From Escherichia phage vB-Eco-KMB40: a stretch of DNA of 64,000 bases. The notes under the pieces were generated by a model. It made no database searches. It worked only from the letters and a program-made list of their open reading frames with translations, and was not told the origin of the DNA. The stretch lies in sequence record OR539220.1, one strand, 5' to 3'. This document shows, piece by piece, positions 53,601-62,529 of the stretch. The first letter of the stretch is position 1, and each line of letters opens with the position of its first letter. The position numbers were made by a program, and so were the translations under genes.

Positions 53601-54007
53601 TCGTTTCTCATGGGCATCTCGTTCAGGCAAATGATAGTTATTCAACGTTTGTCCGTGATGTTTATGTCCGTTCTGATATTCGTGTTAAAAAAGACCTCGT
53701 TAAATTTGAAAATGCTTCTCAGAAGCTTTCTAAAATTAACGGTTACACTTATATGCAGAAACGTGGAACGGACGAAGAAGGCAATCAGAAATGGGAACCT
53801 AACGCCGGTTTGATAGCCCAAGAAGTTCAAGCTATTTTACCAGAATTAGTTGAAGGTGACCCTGATGGCGAAGCTTTACTTCGTTTGAACTATAACGGTG
53901 TAATTGGTTTAAATACAGCTGCAATAAATGAACATACTACAGAAATTGCGGAACTTAAATCAGAAATTGAAGAACTTAAAGCATTAGTTAAATCATTGTT
54001 AAAATAA
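50696..54007 (+). CDS. 37: long tail fibre distal subunit gp37 with C-terminal intramolecular chaperone domain
   Basis: 1103 aa; C-terminal roughly 110 aa (SDIRVKKD...) resemble the autoproteolytic chaperone domain of T2-type gp37. Confidence 0.85.
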   Translation: MATLKQIQFKRSKTAGARPAASVLAEGELAINLKDRVLFTKDDQGNIIDLGFAKGGSIDGNVIHTGNYNQTGDYTLDGTFTQTGNFNLTGIARVTRDIIAAGQIMTEGGELITKSSGTAHVRFFDGNSRERGIIYSPANDGLTTQVLNIRVQDYAAGSESTYAFSGSGLFTSPEVSAWKSISSPQILTDKVITNGKKAGDYDIYSLANNTPLSESTTAINHLRVMRNAVGAGIFHEVKDNDGITWYTGDGLDAYLWSFTWSGGLKAGHSISIGTPGGPKGYSELGTSSIALGDNDTGFKWHQDGYYFSVNNGTKTFLFSPSETTSLRKFVAGYSTNGTDLTTPPTENYALATVVTYHDNNAFGDGQTLLGYYQGGNYHHYFRGKGTTNINTHGGLLVTPGNIDVIGGSVNIDGINNASTLLFRGNTTGSSSVDNMTISVWGNTFTNPSVGNRKNVMEISDPTSWMSYIQRLTTGEVEMNVNGSFESSGVTAGNRGVHTTGEISSGAVNALRIWNADYGAIFRRSEGSLHIIPTAYGEGKNGDIGPLRPFSMALDTGKVTIPDLQSSYNTFAANGYIKFTGHGAGAGGYDIQYVQAAPIFQEIDDDAVSKYYPIVKQKFLNGKAVWSLGTEINSGTFVIHHLKEDGSQGHTSRFNQDGTVNFPDNVQVGGGEATIARNGNIFSDIWKSFTSAGDTTNIRDAIATRVSKEGDTMTGRLTLNANSDAIVINSTATESGYLKGQKAGVDNWYVGNGGADNAISFYSFQNRSGIYVNNGGDIALNPEGSATFNFNRDRIYINGSVWTAHQAGDWGNQWRQEAPIFVDFGSVGNDSYYPIIKGKSVITNEGYISGVDFGMRRIPNNWAQAIIRVGNQENASDPQAIFEFHYNGNMYVPDMVKAGVRISAGGGDPVWTGACVVIGDNDTGLVHGGDGRINMVANGIHIANWGAGYQSHPGLWDSTGAFWTEVGRAIVSHGHLVQANDSYSTFVRDVYVRSDIRVKKDLVKFENASQKLSKINGYTYMQKRGTDEEGNQKWEPNAGLIAQEVQAILPELVEGDPDGEALLRLNYNGVIGLNTAAINEHTTEIAELKSEIEELKALVKSLLK

Positions 54008-54011
54008 TAAG

Positions 54012-54027
54012 AGGGGCTTCTGCCCCT
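54012..54027 (+). promoter_or_regulatory. hairpin AGGGGC-TTCT-GCCCCT between genes 37 and 38
   Basis: 6-bp GC stem directly upstream of gene 38 RBS GGAGG. Confidence 0.35.
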
Positions 54028-54038
54028 TGGAGGTTTAT

Positions 54039-54815
54039 ATGGCAGTAACAGGACCGTGGGTAGGATCGTCTGCAGTAGTTAATACAGGACAAAATTGGAT
54101 GGGTGGCGCGGCCCAACGATTAAGAATGGGCATTCCGTTCTGGATGAGTAATATGATAGGCCGATCTGTTGAAATAATTCACACGCTTGGAGCAGACCAT
54201 AACTTCAATGGTCAATGGTTCCGAGATAGATGTTTTGAGGCAGGTAGTGCACCTATAGTGTTTAATATCACTGGAGATTTAGTATCATATTCTAAAGATG
54301 TTCCTTTATTCTTCATGTACGGGGATACACCAAATGAATATGTTCAGTTGAATATACATGGCGTAACGATGTATGGTCGTGGCGGGAACGGCGGTAGCAA
54401 TAGTCCTGGCTCAGCTGGGGGTCATTGTATTCAAAATGATATTGGTGGGAGACTAAGAATTAATAATGGCGGAGCTATTGCAGGTGGCGGTGGCGGCGGC
54501 GGTGGCGGTTATTATTCTCCTTTTTCACAAATGAGATTAACCTTTGGCGGTGGCGGTGGGCGTCCGTTTGGTGCACCTGGCGGATCTATTGATATGCAAT
54601 CAGGCGCAACTGCTGGTACTATTTCTGCGCCTGGAGCAGGGTCTGTGAACGGTATCTATAATGGCGGGAATGGTGGTGAAGTTGGCTCCGCAGGAGGTAG
54701 ATGTAATATTCGTGGTCAAGGATATGAATACGATGGCGGAGCTGCTGGTTATGCCGTCATAGGGTCTACGCCGACATGGCAAAACGTTGGAGCAATATAT
54801 GGTCCAAGAGTATAA
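54039..54815 (+). CDS. 38: T2-type receptor-binding adhesin gp38 with glycine-rich motifs
   Basis: 258 aa from ATG 54039 (supplied ORF starts at TTG 54027); poly-Gly runs; unlike the T4-type gp38 chaperone. Confidence 0.85.
   Translation: MAVTGPWVGSSAVVNTGQNWMGGAAQRLRMGIPFWMSNMIGRSVEIIHTLGADHNFNGQWFRDRCFEAGSAPIVFNITGDLVSYSKDVPLFFMYGDTPNEYVQLNIHGVTMYGRGGNGGSNSPGSAGGHCIQNDIGGRLRINNGGAIAGGGGGGGGGYYSPFSQMRLTFGGGGGRPFGAPGGSIDMQSGATAGTISAPGAGSVNGIYNGGNGGEVGSAGGRCNIRGQGYEYDGGAAGYAVIGSTPTWQNVGAIYGPRV
54483..54509 (+). repeat. run of nine glycine codons (GGY) in gene 38
   Basis: GGT GGC GGT GGC GGC GGC GGT GGC GGT; a second shorter run at 54545-54560. Confidence 0.6.
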
Positions 54816-54845
54816 TTTGAATAAATATCCTTAAAAGGAGGGTCT

Positions 54846-55502
54846 ATGGCAGCACCTAGAATATCATTTTCGCCCTCTGATATTCTGTTGGGTGTTCTAG
54901 ATCGCTTGTTCAAAGATAACGCTACCGGGAAAGTTCTTGCTTCCCGGGTAGCTGTCGTAATTCTTTTATTTATGATGGCGATTGTTTGGTATAGGGGAGA
55001 TAGTTTCTTTGAGTACTATAAGCAATCAAAGTATGAAACATACAGTGAAATTATTGAAAAGGAAAGAAATGCACGCTTTGAATCTGTCGCCCTGGAACAA
55101 CTCCAGATAGTTCATATATCATCTGAGGCAGACTTTAGTGCGGTGTATTCTTTCCGCCCTAAAAACTTAAACTATTTTGTTGATATTATAGCATATGAAG
55201 GAAAATTACCTTCAACAATAAGTGAAAAATCACTTGGAGGATATCCTGTTGATAAAACTATGGATGAATATACAGTTCATTTAAATGGACGTCATTATTA
55301 TTCCAACTCAAAATTTGCTTTTTTACCAACTAAAAAGCCTACTCCCGAGATAAACTACATGTACAGTTGTCCATATTTTAATTTGGATAATATCTATGCT
55401 GGAACGATAACCATGTACTGGTATAGAAATGATCATATAAGTAATGACCGCCTTGAATCAATATGTGCTCAGGCGGCCAGAATATTAGGAAGGGCTAAAT
55501 AA
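54846..55502 (+). CDS. t: holin T
   Basis: 218 aa; single N-terminal TM segment, large C-terminal domain; matches T4 holin. Confidence 0.9.
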   Translation: MAAPRISFSPSDILLGVLDRLFKDNATGKVLASRVAVVILLFMMAIVWYRGDSFFEYYKQSKYETYSEIIEKERNARFESVALEQLQIVHISSEADFSAVYSFRPKNLNYFVDIIAYEGKLPSTISEKSLGGYPVDKTMDEYTVHLNGRHYYSNSKFAFLPTKKPTPEINYMYSCPYFNLDNIYAGTITMYWYRNDHISNDRLESICAQAARILGRAK

Positions 55503-55775
55503 TTATTTGTTTGTATACATCTCTAGATATCGATATACACCCTCAAAACCCTCGTTGAATTCGTCGATGAGGGTTTTCTTATCTTCTTGAGTTAATTCAG
55601 AAACAATTTTACGGAATGAATTCTGATTTAATTTTCTACCTTCATGCGTTACTCCAATCTCATTTAGAAATGCAATAAAATTAGCACGATTCTCAACAAT
55701 ATCTTCTCTGGAAAATTTAATCAAAATAGACGCAACAGTAATAATTTCACGAACTGTATCAATGTTTTTATTCAT
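55503..55775 (-). CDS. asiA: anti-sigma70 factor AsiA
   Basis: 90 aa; MNKNIDTVREIITVASILIKFSRED... matches T4 AsiA. Confidence 0.9.
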   Translation of the reverse strand: MNKNIDTVREIITVASILIKFSREDIVENRANFIAFLNEIGVTHEGRKLNQNSFRKIVSELTQEDKKTLIDEFNEGFEGVYRYLEMYTNK

Positions 55776-55787
55776 TAACTATACCAC

Positions 55788-55940
55788 TCAATTAGTTGAC
55801 TTTGTTATAATATCATCAGACGCTTGATTTGTAAACTGGTCTGTGTTATTTTCTTCAAAAATTTTTTCTACGAATTCCTTGAACGACTCGCGTTCCTGAG
55901 CTGCATTATGCTCGATTACCTTTTCAAGATTATGACTCAT
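55788..55940 (-). CDS. possible small ORF (50 aa)
   Basis: ATG overlaps arn stop (ATGA); overlaps asiA early promoter; not in supplied ORF track. Confidence 0.3.
   Translation of the reverse strand: MSHNLEKVIEHNAAQERESFKEFVEKIFEENNTDQFTNQASDDIITKSTN
55807..55836 (-). promoter_or_regulatory. early promoter for asiA
   Basis: Minus GTTTAC (plus 55831-55836), 18 nt, TATTAT. Confidence 0.5.
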
Positions 55941-56215
55941 TCGAAATAATCTTCAATTTCATAATCATGGACATAAATCATTATAGTTTTTAATACATCA
56001 TCAATACTTTTTCCTGGAGCTGGAATTACATAAAAATATCCTGCTTTTGAGAGGTCTTTATAAGTTCCAATCAAGAAATCATTATTCTCAAGATGCAGTT
56101 CTTCAACTAATTCATTAACAATTGAATGGTATAGGTTTGGTAGAAACTTATATAGCTTTTCTAGAATATCAATTTTGATTGTGTATTGAACCACAGACTG
56201 AGAATCAATAATCAT
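55937..56215 (-). CDS. arn: anti-restriction nuclease Arn
   Basis: 92 aa; acidic; same size and position as T4 arn. Confidence 0.8.
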   Translation of the reverse strand: MIIDSQSVVQYTIKIDILEKLYKFLPNLYHSIVNELVEELHLENNDFLIGTYKDLSKAGYFYVIPAPGKSIDDVLKTIMIYVHDYEIEDYFE

Positions 56216-56501
56216 AGACCTTCCCCTTATGTTTCTGTTTGCGATTAGATTCTTTAAACGCTTTCTTCTTATCCTTATGAACAGAAGCTTTATTAAAATT
56301 ATGTTTTGCGACTAAATTGTTCATAGTGCTGAATTACCTCTCTCAAACATTTGCATGTGAATGAAAACTTTTTAGCTACACCACATTCAAATATATGTTC
56401 TCTTAAATCGCGTGTATCGGTATATCCCATCTCAACAATAAAATGCCGTATTAGATTTTTATCTTTATCATTGAGAGAATTAAAAATAATCAGATTTTGA
56501 A

Positions 56502-56798
56502 TTAATTTCCCTGGCCAAATTGAATCACCTTCAGTTGACGTTTTAGTTCTTTTATCATCTCTTCGTTCATTGCAATATAAAGATCGCGTAGAGCAGGTTT
56601 TAGCATTCCATTTACTGGAGAACTAAATGGGCATACATAATCTTTTCCTACGAGCTTTTTAGTGAATTCCATATCACAGAACTGAAATGCCGGTTCATTG
56701 GCATAAATTCCCCAATTAGTTGACATCATTTTATTGGCATATTCTAGTGCCTGGATTTGATTCATAATTCCATCAATTTGAAACTTTTTAATATTCAT
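56502..56798 (-). CDS. hypothetical protein (arn.x position)
   Basis: 98-aa ORF. Confidence 0.5.
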   Translation of the reverse strand: MNIKKFQIDGIMNQIQALEYANKMMSTNWGIYANEPAFQFCDMEFTKKLVGKDYVCPFSSPVNGMLKPALRDLYIAMNEEMIKELKRQLKVIQFGQGN

Positions 56799-57259
56799 TA
56801 GTAAAGGTCCTCAGAGTAAAGTTCTTTTTCACTACCGCCGCGTTCAATACGTACTTGTCCAGCGTAAGTTGCAATAATCATTGCTTCTTCACGTGTCCAA
56901 TAATTACTATATTGGTCAATAAACCCTTGGTCATCATCACAAACTTGCTGAGTAACTAATTGAGGTTTAACTACATCTAAAACTTCTGCCATATCTTTAG
57001 AATAATGACGAGCACCTGGAATAATAAGAGTTCGTCCATCTTTTAATTTAAAGCGATTTGCTGCGCAAACAATTCGTCGTTGATACTTTTGATTTTCATC
57101 CCAGTACGCAGTCTGCCAACAGATTTCAGGAACTTCTTTCAGAATATCTTCTTCTGTGCATTTATAACCATGCGCTTTAAATTTTTGAACAAGACTCTCC
57201 GGAGTCTCACGAGATAAAGGAACATTCAGCATTTTTAAACGATTGATAAATGGGTTCAT
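56798..57259 (-). CDS. hypothetical protein (arn.x position)
   Basis: 153-aa ORF. Confidence 0.5.
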   Translation of the reverse strand: MNPFINRLKMLNVPLSRETPESLVQKFKAHGYKCTEEDILKEVPEICWQTAYWDENQKYQRRIVCAANRFKLKDGRTLIIPGARHYSKDMAEVLDVVKPQLVTQQVCDDDQGFIDQYSNYWTREEAMIIATYAGQVRIERGGSEKELYSEDLY

Positions 57260-57585
57260 TTAAACCATCCTTTAATACGCTGCCACAAAGTTTTCTGTTG
57301 AGCTTTGTTAACACCAATTGAACGAATAACTGGTTGAGATTCCTGGAATTCTTTATAATCAGCAAGGTAAATTTCGTAAGCTGCATCCGTAAATGAACTT
57401 ATCGCTGCCATAAAATTATTGCGAATACCTACTGGAGCATCTTTACTTTCACGAATAATCATGTATTTACCAGTCTTAATCTTTACGATAGTTCCAAGAT
57501 AAGCTCCATGGTACCAGATGTCCCACCCCTCTTGAGTGGGTTCTGCGCAACGACGAAGTTCATTAACAATTTCTAACTTGTTCAT
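57256..57585 (-). CDS. hypothetical protein (arn.x position)
   Basis: 109-aa ORF; ATGA overlap. Confidence 0.5.
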   Translation of the reverse strand: MNKLEIVNELRRCAEPTQEGWDIWYHGAYLGTIVKIKTGKYMIIRESKDAPVGIRNNFMAAISSFTDAAYEIYLADYKEFQESQPVIRSIGVNKAQQKTLWQRIKGWFK

Positions 57586-57595
57586 TATTTATTCC

Positions 57596-58231
57596 TCACA
57601 GTTCAGATGCTACAGTGATTACAGCTTCAATGTTTTCTGCCGAGCGTTTAATGTCAAGATACACATTACCGTTTTTAGCGATTTTACATGACATTCCGAT
57701 GTCAGTAAATTTCTGAATATGATGTTCCATCATTTTGTATCCAAAAATTCGCATATTTCCATTGTTGTTAATTTCAAAATTACGAATTCCGTGAGTGCGT
57801 TTTTCTAAAATAGCGAGATAGTTACTGCGATAAGTTTCAACCTTTTTAAGAACAAATCCATTTTCATCTAAAAGTTTTAACATGAAGTCTTTATCTTCTT
57901 CCATATCGGAAGTAATTTCGCGAGCTTTACGAGTTGCTCGTTTTTTCAGCAGTTCCGGAGCATTTTCTTGTGCGTATAAAGTTGCTGCATTTGAAATAAT
58001 ATCCTGAGCTTCGCCTGTAATGATTAATCCATCACCAGATTTCTCCACCAGGCCTTTTTTAATCAATACCCCAATATTACTATTAACTACTGCGTTACCT
58101 AAATCTGGATGAACCTCACGAACTTCTGCAGCTGTAATGAAATCTTTCTTAGCAATGGTAATTAAAATCGCAGCAGTTTTTTCGTTCAGAATATCGTTAG
58201 AAGCTTTGATGATGTAAGTTACTTTAGACAT
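57596..58231 (-). CDS. motA: middle transcription activator MotA
   Basis: 211 aa; size and position as T4 motA; early promoter upstream. Confidence 0.85.
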   Translation of the reverse strand: MSKVTYIIKASNDILNEKTAAILITIAKKDFITAAEVREVHPDLGNAVVNSNIGVLIKKGLVEKSGDGLIITGEAQDIISNAATLYAQENAPELLKKRATRKAREITSDMEEDKDFMLKLLDENGFVLKKVETYRSNYLAILEKRTHGIRNFEINNNGNMRIFGYKMMEHHIQKFTDIGMSCKIAKNGNVYLDIKRSAENIEAVITVASEL

Positions 58232-58272
58232 TTTCTAATCTCCGTAATTCTGTATCAGTAGTTGATAGTTGT

Positions 58273-58302
58273 ATAGTACCACAGTATGCTTTGGTTGTAA
58301 AC
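58273..58302 (-). promoter_or_regulatory. early promoter for motA
   Basis: Minus GTTTAC (plus 58297-58302), 18 nt, TACTAT; A/T-rich UP-like tract. Confidence 0.5.
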
Positions 58303-58320
58303 CGTTTTGTGAAAAAAATT

Positions 58321-58353
58321 TTAAAATAAAAAAGGGAGAGCCGAGGCTCTCCC
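58321..58353 (-). terminator. intrinsic terminator GGGAGAGC-CUCG-GCUCUCCC plus U-run
   Basis: 8-bp stem 5 nt after stop of the 49-aa ORF; UUUUUUAUUUUAA tail. Confidence 0.55.
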
Positions 58354-58358
58354 TAAAA

Positions 58359-58508
58359 TTACTGCATGACTGTGATAACTATCATGATAACACGTTGAAT
58401 TCCGAACGCAAGAAGACCTCCTGCTACGGCAGGAACAACACCTAAACCCGCCAGTAAAATGCCACCAGATACTAATGCAGCGCTTGTAATACCTATGAAT
58501 GGACTCAT
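58359..58508 (-). CDS. small hydrophobic membrane peptide (motA.1 position)
   Basis: 49 aa (MSPFIGITSAALVSGGILLAGLGVVPAVAGG...); ATG overlaps gene 52 stop (ATGA); terminator follows. Confidence 0.45.
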   Translation of the reverse strand: MSPFIGITSAALVSGGILLAGLGVVPAVAGGLLAFGIQRVIMIVITVMQ

Positions 58509-59833
58509 TTGATTTCCTCTAAATCTTTAGTGTATTCGGTAACTACATCAGTAGTTTTCCAATATTCGTTTTCTTCTTTCTTAGCTTTAGCTTCTTCAGC
58601 AAGTTTCTTTGCTTCGTCGGAAGTCATATGAAAAATATTCATTCCGACTAGTTTATCAACATAAGAAGAATACATCTCAATTTTAGAAAGTTCTTCAGTC
58701 AGTTCTTTACGAGTTTTACCCTGTACAACAATTTCACCTGAAATTACTTTCTTAATGAAATGTGCCTTGGCAAAGGCTAAACGAAATGCTGATTCAGTTT
58801 CTTTAATTTTGTTATCAATTCGTTTTTGGACATAAGTTTTACGAACTTCAACAAAGTCTTTAATTAAATCAACTACGTTATCGTAAACTTGTAGCTTTCC
58901 TTTCTCATTAATGACTGTAATATTTTGGGAACGACGCTCAATCAACCCGAAGTCTTTCATAATTTTTGCATGGCGTTCTTCTTCGTTATCGCTCAAAGAG
59001 TATTCTTTGCGGAATTTAACTTTGAAGCCAAAGCCATGCTCACCACAAGCATCATCCCATGTAATGAAGCCTTTATCTTCAAGCGGGTCTAAGATTTTAC
59101 TCACATAAGTTTCACGATCATACTTATACGGAATCTCAGTGATATGCATTTGAGTTCGTGAAGTAAACTTGTACGTTCCACGAATTTCATATTGCCCATC
59201 AATCTCAACGACTTCACCACGAAATTCTGGGAATTCTACCTTCGGTTTAGTTACTTTCTTTCCTTGAAGAGCTTGCAGTACAGCTTTCTTGACAGAAGAA
59301 ACACTATGAGGAAGAATGTAAGTTGCATAACCAGTTGCAATACCGGAAACGCCATTAAGAAGAACAGTAGGAATAATAGGCAAATAGAAAGCAGGCGGAA
59401 TGTGTTCTTTATCTTGATGTACCGGAGCATATTCAGTATCTTTATATACGTTATAGAAATTTTTACTTACACGAGCAAAAATATAACGACTTGCTGCTGC
59501 CTTTTGGACAGTACGAGAACCAAAGTTTCCTTGACCGTCTAACAGAGGAAAGTTATTATTCCAAGTATTAGCCATCAAAGCACCTGCGTCTTGCGCAGAG
59601 TTTTCACCATGATGATATCCAAGGTCCGCTACACCGCCTGCGATAGAAGCGAGTTTGTGAAACTTATCTTTATTTCCTCGCGCCAAATCAAGAGCTCGAG
59701 CAATAACAAATCGTTGAACTGGCTTAAATCCATCAATCATATTTGGAATGGCACGATTTTCAACCGTGTACATAGCATAAGCCAATGCTTCATTATCAAT
59801 GATACTTTTTAAATCGCGATTATTCAGTTGCAT
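58505..59833 (-). CDS. 52: DNA topoisomerase II medium subunit gp52
   Basis: 442 aa; matches T4 gp52. Confidence 0.95.
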   Translation of the reverse strand: MQLNNRDLKSIIDNEALAYAMYTVENRAIPNMIDGFKPVQRFVIARALDLARGNKDKFHKLASIAGGVADLGYHHGENSAQDAGALMANTWNNNFPLLDGQGNFGSRTVQKAAASRYIFARVSKNFYNVYKDTEYAPVHQDKEHIPPAFYLPIIPTVLLNGVSGIATGYATYILPHSVSSVKKAVLQALQGKKVTKPKVEFPEFRGEVVEIDGQYEIRGTYKFTSRTQMHITEIPYKYDRETYVSKILDPLEDKGFITWDDACGEHGFGFKVKFRKEYSLSDNEEERHAKIMKDFGLIERRSQNITVINEKGKLQVYDNVVDLIKDFVEVRKTYVQKRIDNKIKETESAFRLAFAKAHFIKKVISGEIVVQGKTRKELTEELSKIEMYSSYVDKLVGMNIFHMTSDEAKKLAEEAKAKKEENEYWKTTDVVTEYTKDLEEIK

Positions 59834-59837
59834 AAAT

Positions 59838-59978
59838 TTACCATACTAGTGAATGTAGTGCCATAATAACATCAGAAATGAAAAGCACGACTTGAATTAA
59901 TCCGAAAATTACTCCGTAATATAGTGCTACCAATAAAGCAGCAAGGGCTAATGAATAGCCCAAGATTTTCTTAATCAT
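59838..59978 (-). CDS. small membrane peptide (52.1 position)
   Basis: 46 aa; ATG overlaps ac stop region (ATGATTAA). Confidence 0.4.
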   Translation of the reverse strand: MIKKILGYSLALAALLVALYYGVIFGLIQVVLFISDVIMALHSLVW

Positions 59979-60129
59979 TAGTAGATAACAACACAAATGT
60001 TAAATATGCACACATACCCTGGGCTAAAGCTTGTGAAAACACACTGCTAGCATCGATACAGATAGTTAAAACACATGCTACTATCCAACAAATAAATGAA
60101 ATAACTCCTAATAATTTTGCAATATTCAT
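59971..60129 (-). CDS. ac: acriflavine-sensitivity membrane protein Ac
   Basis: 52-aa hydrophobic ORF between 52 and stp, as in T4. Confidence 0.55.
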   Translation of the reverse strand: MNIAKLLGVISFICWIVACVLTICIDASSVFSQALAQGMCAYLTFVLLSTND

Positions 60130-60136
60130 ATTTTCC

Positions 60137-60217
60137 TCACTGGCGTCCGAAGACGCCTTTAGTTTTAAGATTATTACGATAGAACTGCATCACGTGTTCG
60201 TTGTGGAAATTACTCAT
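60137..60217 (-). CDS. stp: Stp peptide (activator of PrrC anticodon nuclease)
   Basis: 26 aa [26 protein letters not shown], identical to T4 Stp as recalled; ATG overlaps ndd stop (TAATG). Confidence 0.85.
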
Positions 60218-60675
60218 TAATATGCCTGCAAAACGAATTTAAAATTATCAGCCAACATACGGTTCATTTCTTCAAGTGTTTGATACTCAGAATGATGATT
60301 ACGAGTAAACGCCAAAGCTAACTGTCCTTTTCCAAATCCCGTCGTCAAAGGTTTCATCTTAGAAGCAGGCAGATAAAATACTGTGTATGGAACATTGTTA
60401 TTTGCAATAGTACGTGCAAGTTGAGACCGTCGTTGACGAATATGACTTAGAACTGCACTGAATCCTTGCTTAGAACGCTGATTACCTACATAAAATCGTG
60501 CAGACACACATGGATTACTAAATGGACGACCATCTAATTTACTTACTAAAAAATAAAATCCAGGTTTAGATAAAATATCTTTATGCGGAGTTCCCAAAAA
60601 CCACTCACCACCCTTGATTGTACCAATAACAGTAGCGCCTGCATTGCTCAGATCAGTAACAGTCATGTATTTCAT
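60217..60675 (-). CDS. ndd: nucleoid disruption protein Ndd
   Basis: 152 aa from ATG 60675 (MKYMTVTDL...); supplied ORF extended 16 codons upstream. Confidence 0.9.
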
Positions 60676-60735
60676 ATTAATTTCCTCTAAATTATTTTCT
60701 ACTCCAAGGCCGCATGAATACACACGGCCATTAAA

Positions 60736-60951
60736 TTAATCGTCGCAGTCGACGCTCAATTCCCAAAACTCTTCTACGGTATAAGTTTCAGTATCATTTT
60801 CAATACAGAAACGTTCATTACTGTTATTTGCTAAAGTAGCGTTAACTGTCGGTTTCTCGCTAGTGCTCTTAAGAGGTGAAATACGAATTAACTGATCACT
60901 GTTATCTAAACAGAAAATTTCACCAACTTTTACATCTTTAAAAATTTTCAT
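60736..60951 (-). CDS. hypothetical protein (ndd.x position)
   Basis: 71-aa ORF. Confidence 0.45.
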   Translation of the reverse strand: MKIFKDVKVGEIFCLDNSDQLIRISPLKSTSEKPTVNATLANNSNERFCIENDTETYTVEEFWELSVDCDD

Positions 60952-61066
60952 AATTCACCTCAAGGAGTATAAAATCCGAATGCAGTTGTTGACCATCCCA
61001 TCCAATATGGAAAATTTGCACCAATGTAAAACATAAGAATATAAAACCAACCGCTCAGCAAATTCA

Positions 61067-61264
61067 TCATTTTACACCATTCCAAATTGTTTCAACCACA
61101 GATTTTAAACCATTTTGATGAATATCAATTCCGACTACTGTCATCAAATAGATTCCAACTACAACTGAACCTAAGGCAAAAATCAGCATGAAAATGAATA
61201 AAGCCGGAAAAATATTATCGAAAAACCATTCAATAAATGTAAAAGCACTGCGTTTACGCTTCAT
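61067..61264 (-). CDS. small membrane protein
   Basis: 65 aa from ATG 61264 with RBS GAGGAAAAT; one hydrophobic helix. Confidence 0.5.
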   Translation of the reverse strand: MKRKRSAFTFIEWFFDNIFPALFIFMLIFALGSVVVGIYLMTVVGIDIHQNGLKSVVETIWNGVK

Positions 61265-61271
61265 ATTTTCC

Positions 61272-61385
61272 TCACATAAATCCAAAGTAAACGTTTAATA
61301 CATCAATCATTAAAACGATTGGGAATATACTCAAAACTATTAGTATTATAACTACATTCCATATAGCTTTAACAATCTTTTTCAT
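61272..61385 (-). CDS. small membrane peptide
   Basis: 37 aa (MKKIVKAIWNVVIILIVLSIFPIVLMIDVLNVYFGFM) from ATG 61385 with RBS GGAGG. Confidence 0.45.
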   Translation of the reverse strand: MKKIVKAIWNVVIILIVLSIFPIVLMIDVLNVYFGFM

Positions 61386-61413
61386 TTTCTGTTCCTCCGT
61401 AGTTGATAGGGTA

Positions 61414-61443
61414 ATAGTACCACGGAAGAACAGTCTTGTAAAC
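61414..61443 (-). promoter_or_regulatory. early promoter
   Basis: Minus GTTTAC (plus 61438-61443), 18 nt, TACTAT, leader CCCTATCAAC. Confidence 0.45.
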
Positions 61444-61449
61444 AACTTT

Positions 61450-61548
61450 TTAAAAATATTCGTAATAAATGTGAATACCAACTACTACCGCTGAAACCTG
61501 TGCAACCCACCACGCACAAGCAATAAGTACAGAATTCAAAATTTTCAT
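61450..61548 (-). CDS. small membrane peptide (32 aa)
   Basis: MKILNSVLIACAWWVAQVSAVVVGIHIYYEYF; RBS GAGG; ATG overlaps upstream stop (ATGA). Confidence 0.4.
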   Translation of the reverse strand: MKILNSVLIACAWWVAQVSAVVVGIHIYYEYF

Positions 61549-61631
61549 AATAACCTCATCACAAAAGTAAATGTTAAACAAATTACTGGAATACTAATTA
61601 ACCAAACAAAACACCACCATAATGAACTCAT
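61545..61631 (-). CDS. small membrane peptide (28 aa)
   Basis: MSSLWWCFVWLISIPVICLTFTFVMRLL; ATGA overlaps at both ends. Confidence 0.35.
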   Translation of the reverse strand: MSSLWWCFVWLISIPVICLTFTFVMRLL

Positions 61632-61891
61632 AGCTCAATCTCAGCGATTTTCATTTCATTACTATTAATAGCCTCTTTAAGACTATCTGAAAGAATTACA
61701 TCCCAGTGGTCATTCATATGACCATTAACTAAGCGTGTAATTTCTTCAGGAGTTGAAAAATAAGGCTGATCAGACTCCCAATGCGATAGTCCTAAGCGAG
61801 TATAAATCATGCCTTCATCATCGCTAGAATATTCAACTGACACAAACTCATCAGTTATTTTATGCTTAGCATAATAAAATTTAAATTTCAT
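61628..61891 (-). CDS. hypothetical protein
   Basis: 88 aa from ATG 61891 with RBS GGAG; supplied ORF extended through the promoter. Confidence 0.5.
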   Translation of the reverse strand: MKFKFYYAKHKITDEFVSVEYSSDDEGMIYTRLGLSHWESDQPYFSTPEEITRLVNGHMNDHWDVILSDSLKEAINSNEMKIAEIEL

Positions 61892-61925
61892 TTTACTCTC
61901 CAAATCCGTATCAGTTGATAGTTGT

Positions 61926-61955
61926 ATAGTACCACGGTCCTTGTGGTATGTAAAC
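61926..61955 (-). promoter_or_regulatory. early promoter
   Basis: Minus GTTTAC (plus 61950-61955), 18 nt, TACTAT. Confidence 0.5.
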
Positions 61956-61971
61956 CGTTTTGTGAAAATTT

Positions 61972-62529
61972 TTAAATGGAAAGATACCATCCGTTGTAGT
62001 TGCTTTTTCTTACAACCTTACGAAGGTCTTCTCTGTCACCGATGAACTTCGGAGTGTACTGGATGACACCTGGATGAATTTCTTTAGTGTTGAATATAAT
62101 TATACAGTCGGCGACTTGATGATTTAGAATGGGCCCTAGATTTATTCCAGAACCATATGGATACTCTCCGCTGCATCCTGTTGTTACCGAAATCCAACGT
62201 GAGTCAGTTTGATGTGTCTTAACTTCTACACGAAGCCCACAGTATTTTGGATGCGCCAATACATCCCATGCGTATGTATACGGGTCATTAACATCCTCTT
62301 GGCCTTTATTAACATACCCGCTTAGCCAATCTGCTACAAAAAATTCTGCGTACACAGCGATACGGCATCTTTCGATAACTTCTGCCTTATCCTGATTCGG
62401 ATTTTGTTTTAAAGAGTATCTTGCTGTATCAGCAATTTTGACCTTCATTTCACTAGTCAAGTCACCGTTCGATAGGGTAAATGTCGGAATCTGAAATAGT
62501 CTCTGTAAACCCGGATTCGTTTTCTGCAT
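61972..62529 (-). CDS. denB: endonuclease IV
   Basis: 185 aa; size and position as T4 denB. Confidence 0.8.
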   Translation of the reverse strand: MQKTNPGLQRLFQIPTFTLSNGDLTSEMKVKIADTARYSLKQNPNQDKAEVIERCRIAVYAEFFVADWLSGYVNKGQEDVNDPYTYAWDVLAHPKYCGLRVEVKTHQTDSRWISVTTGCSGEYPYGSGINLGPILNHQVADCIIIFNTKEIHPGVIQYTPKFIGDREDLRKVVRKSNYNGWYLSI

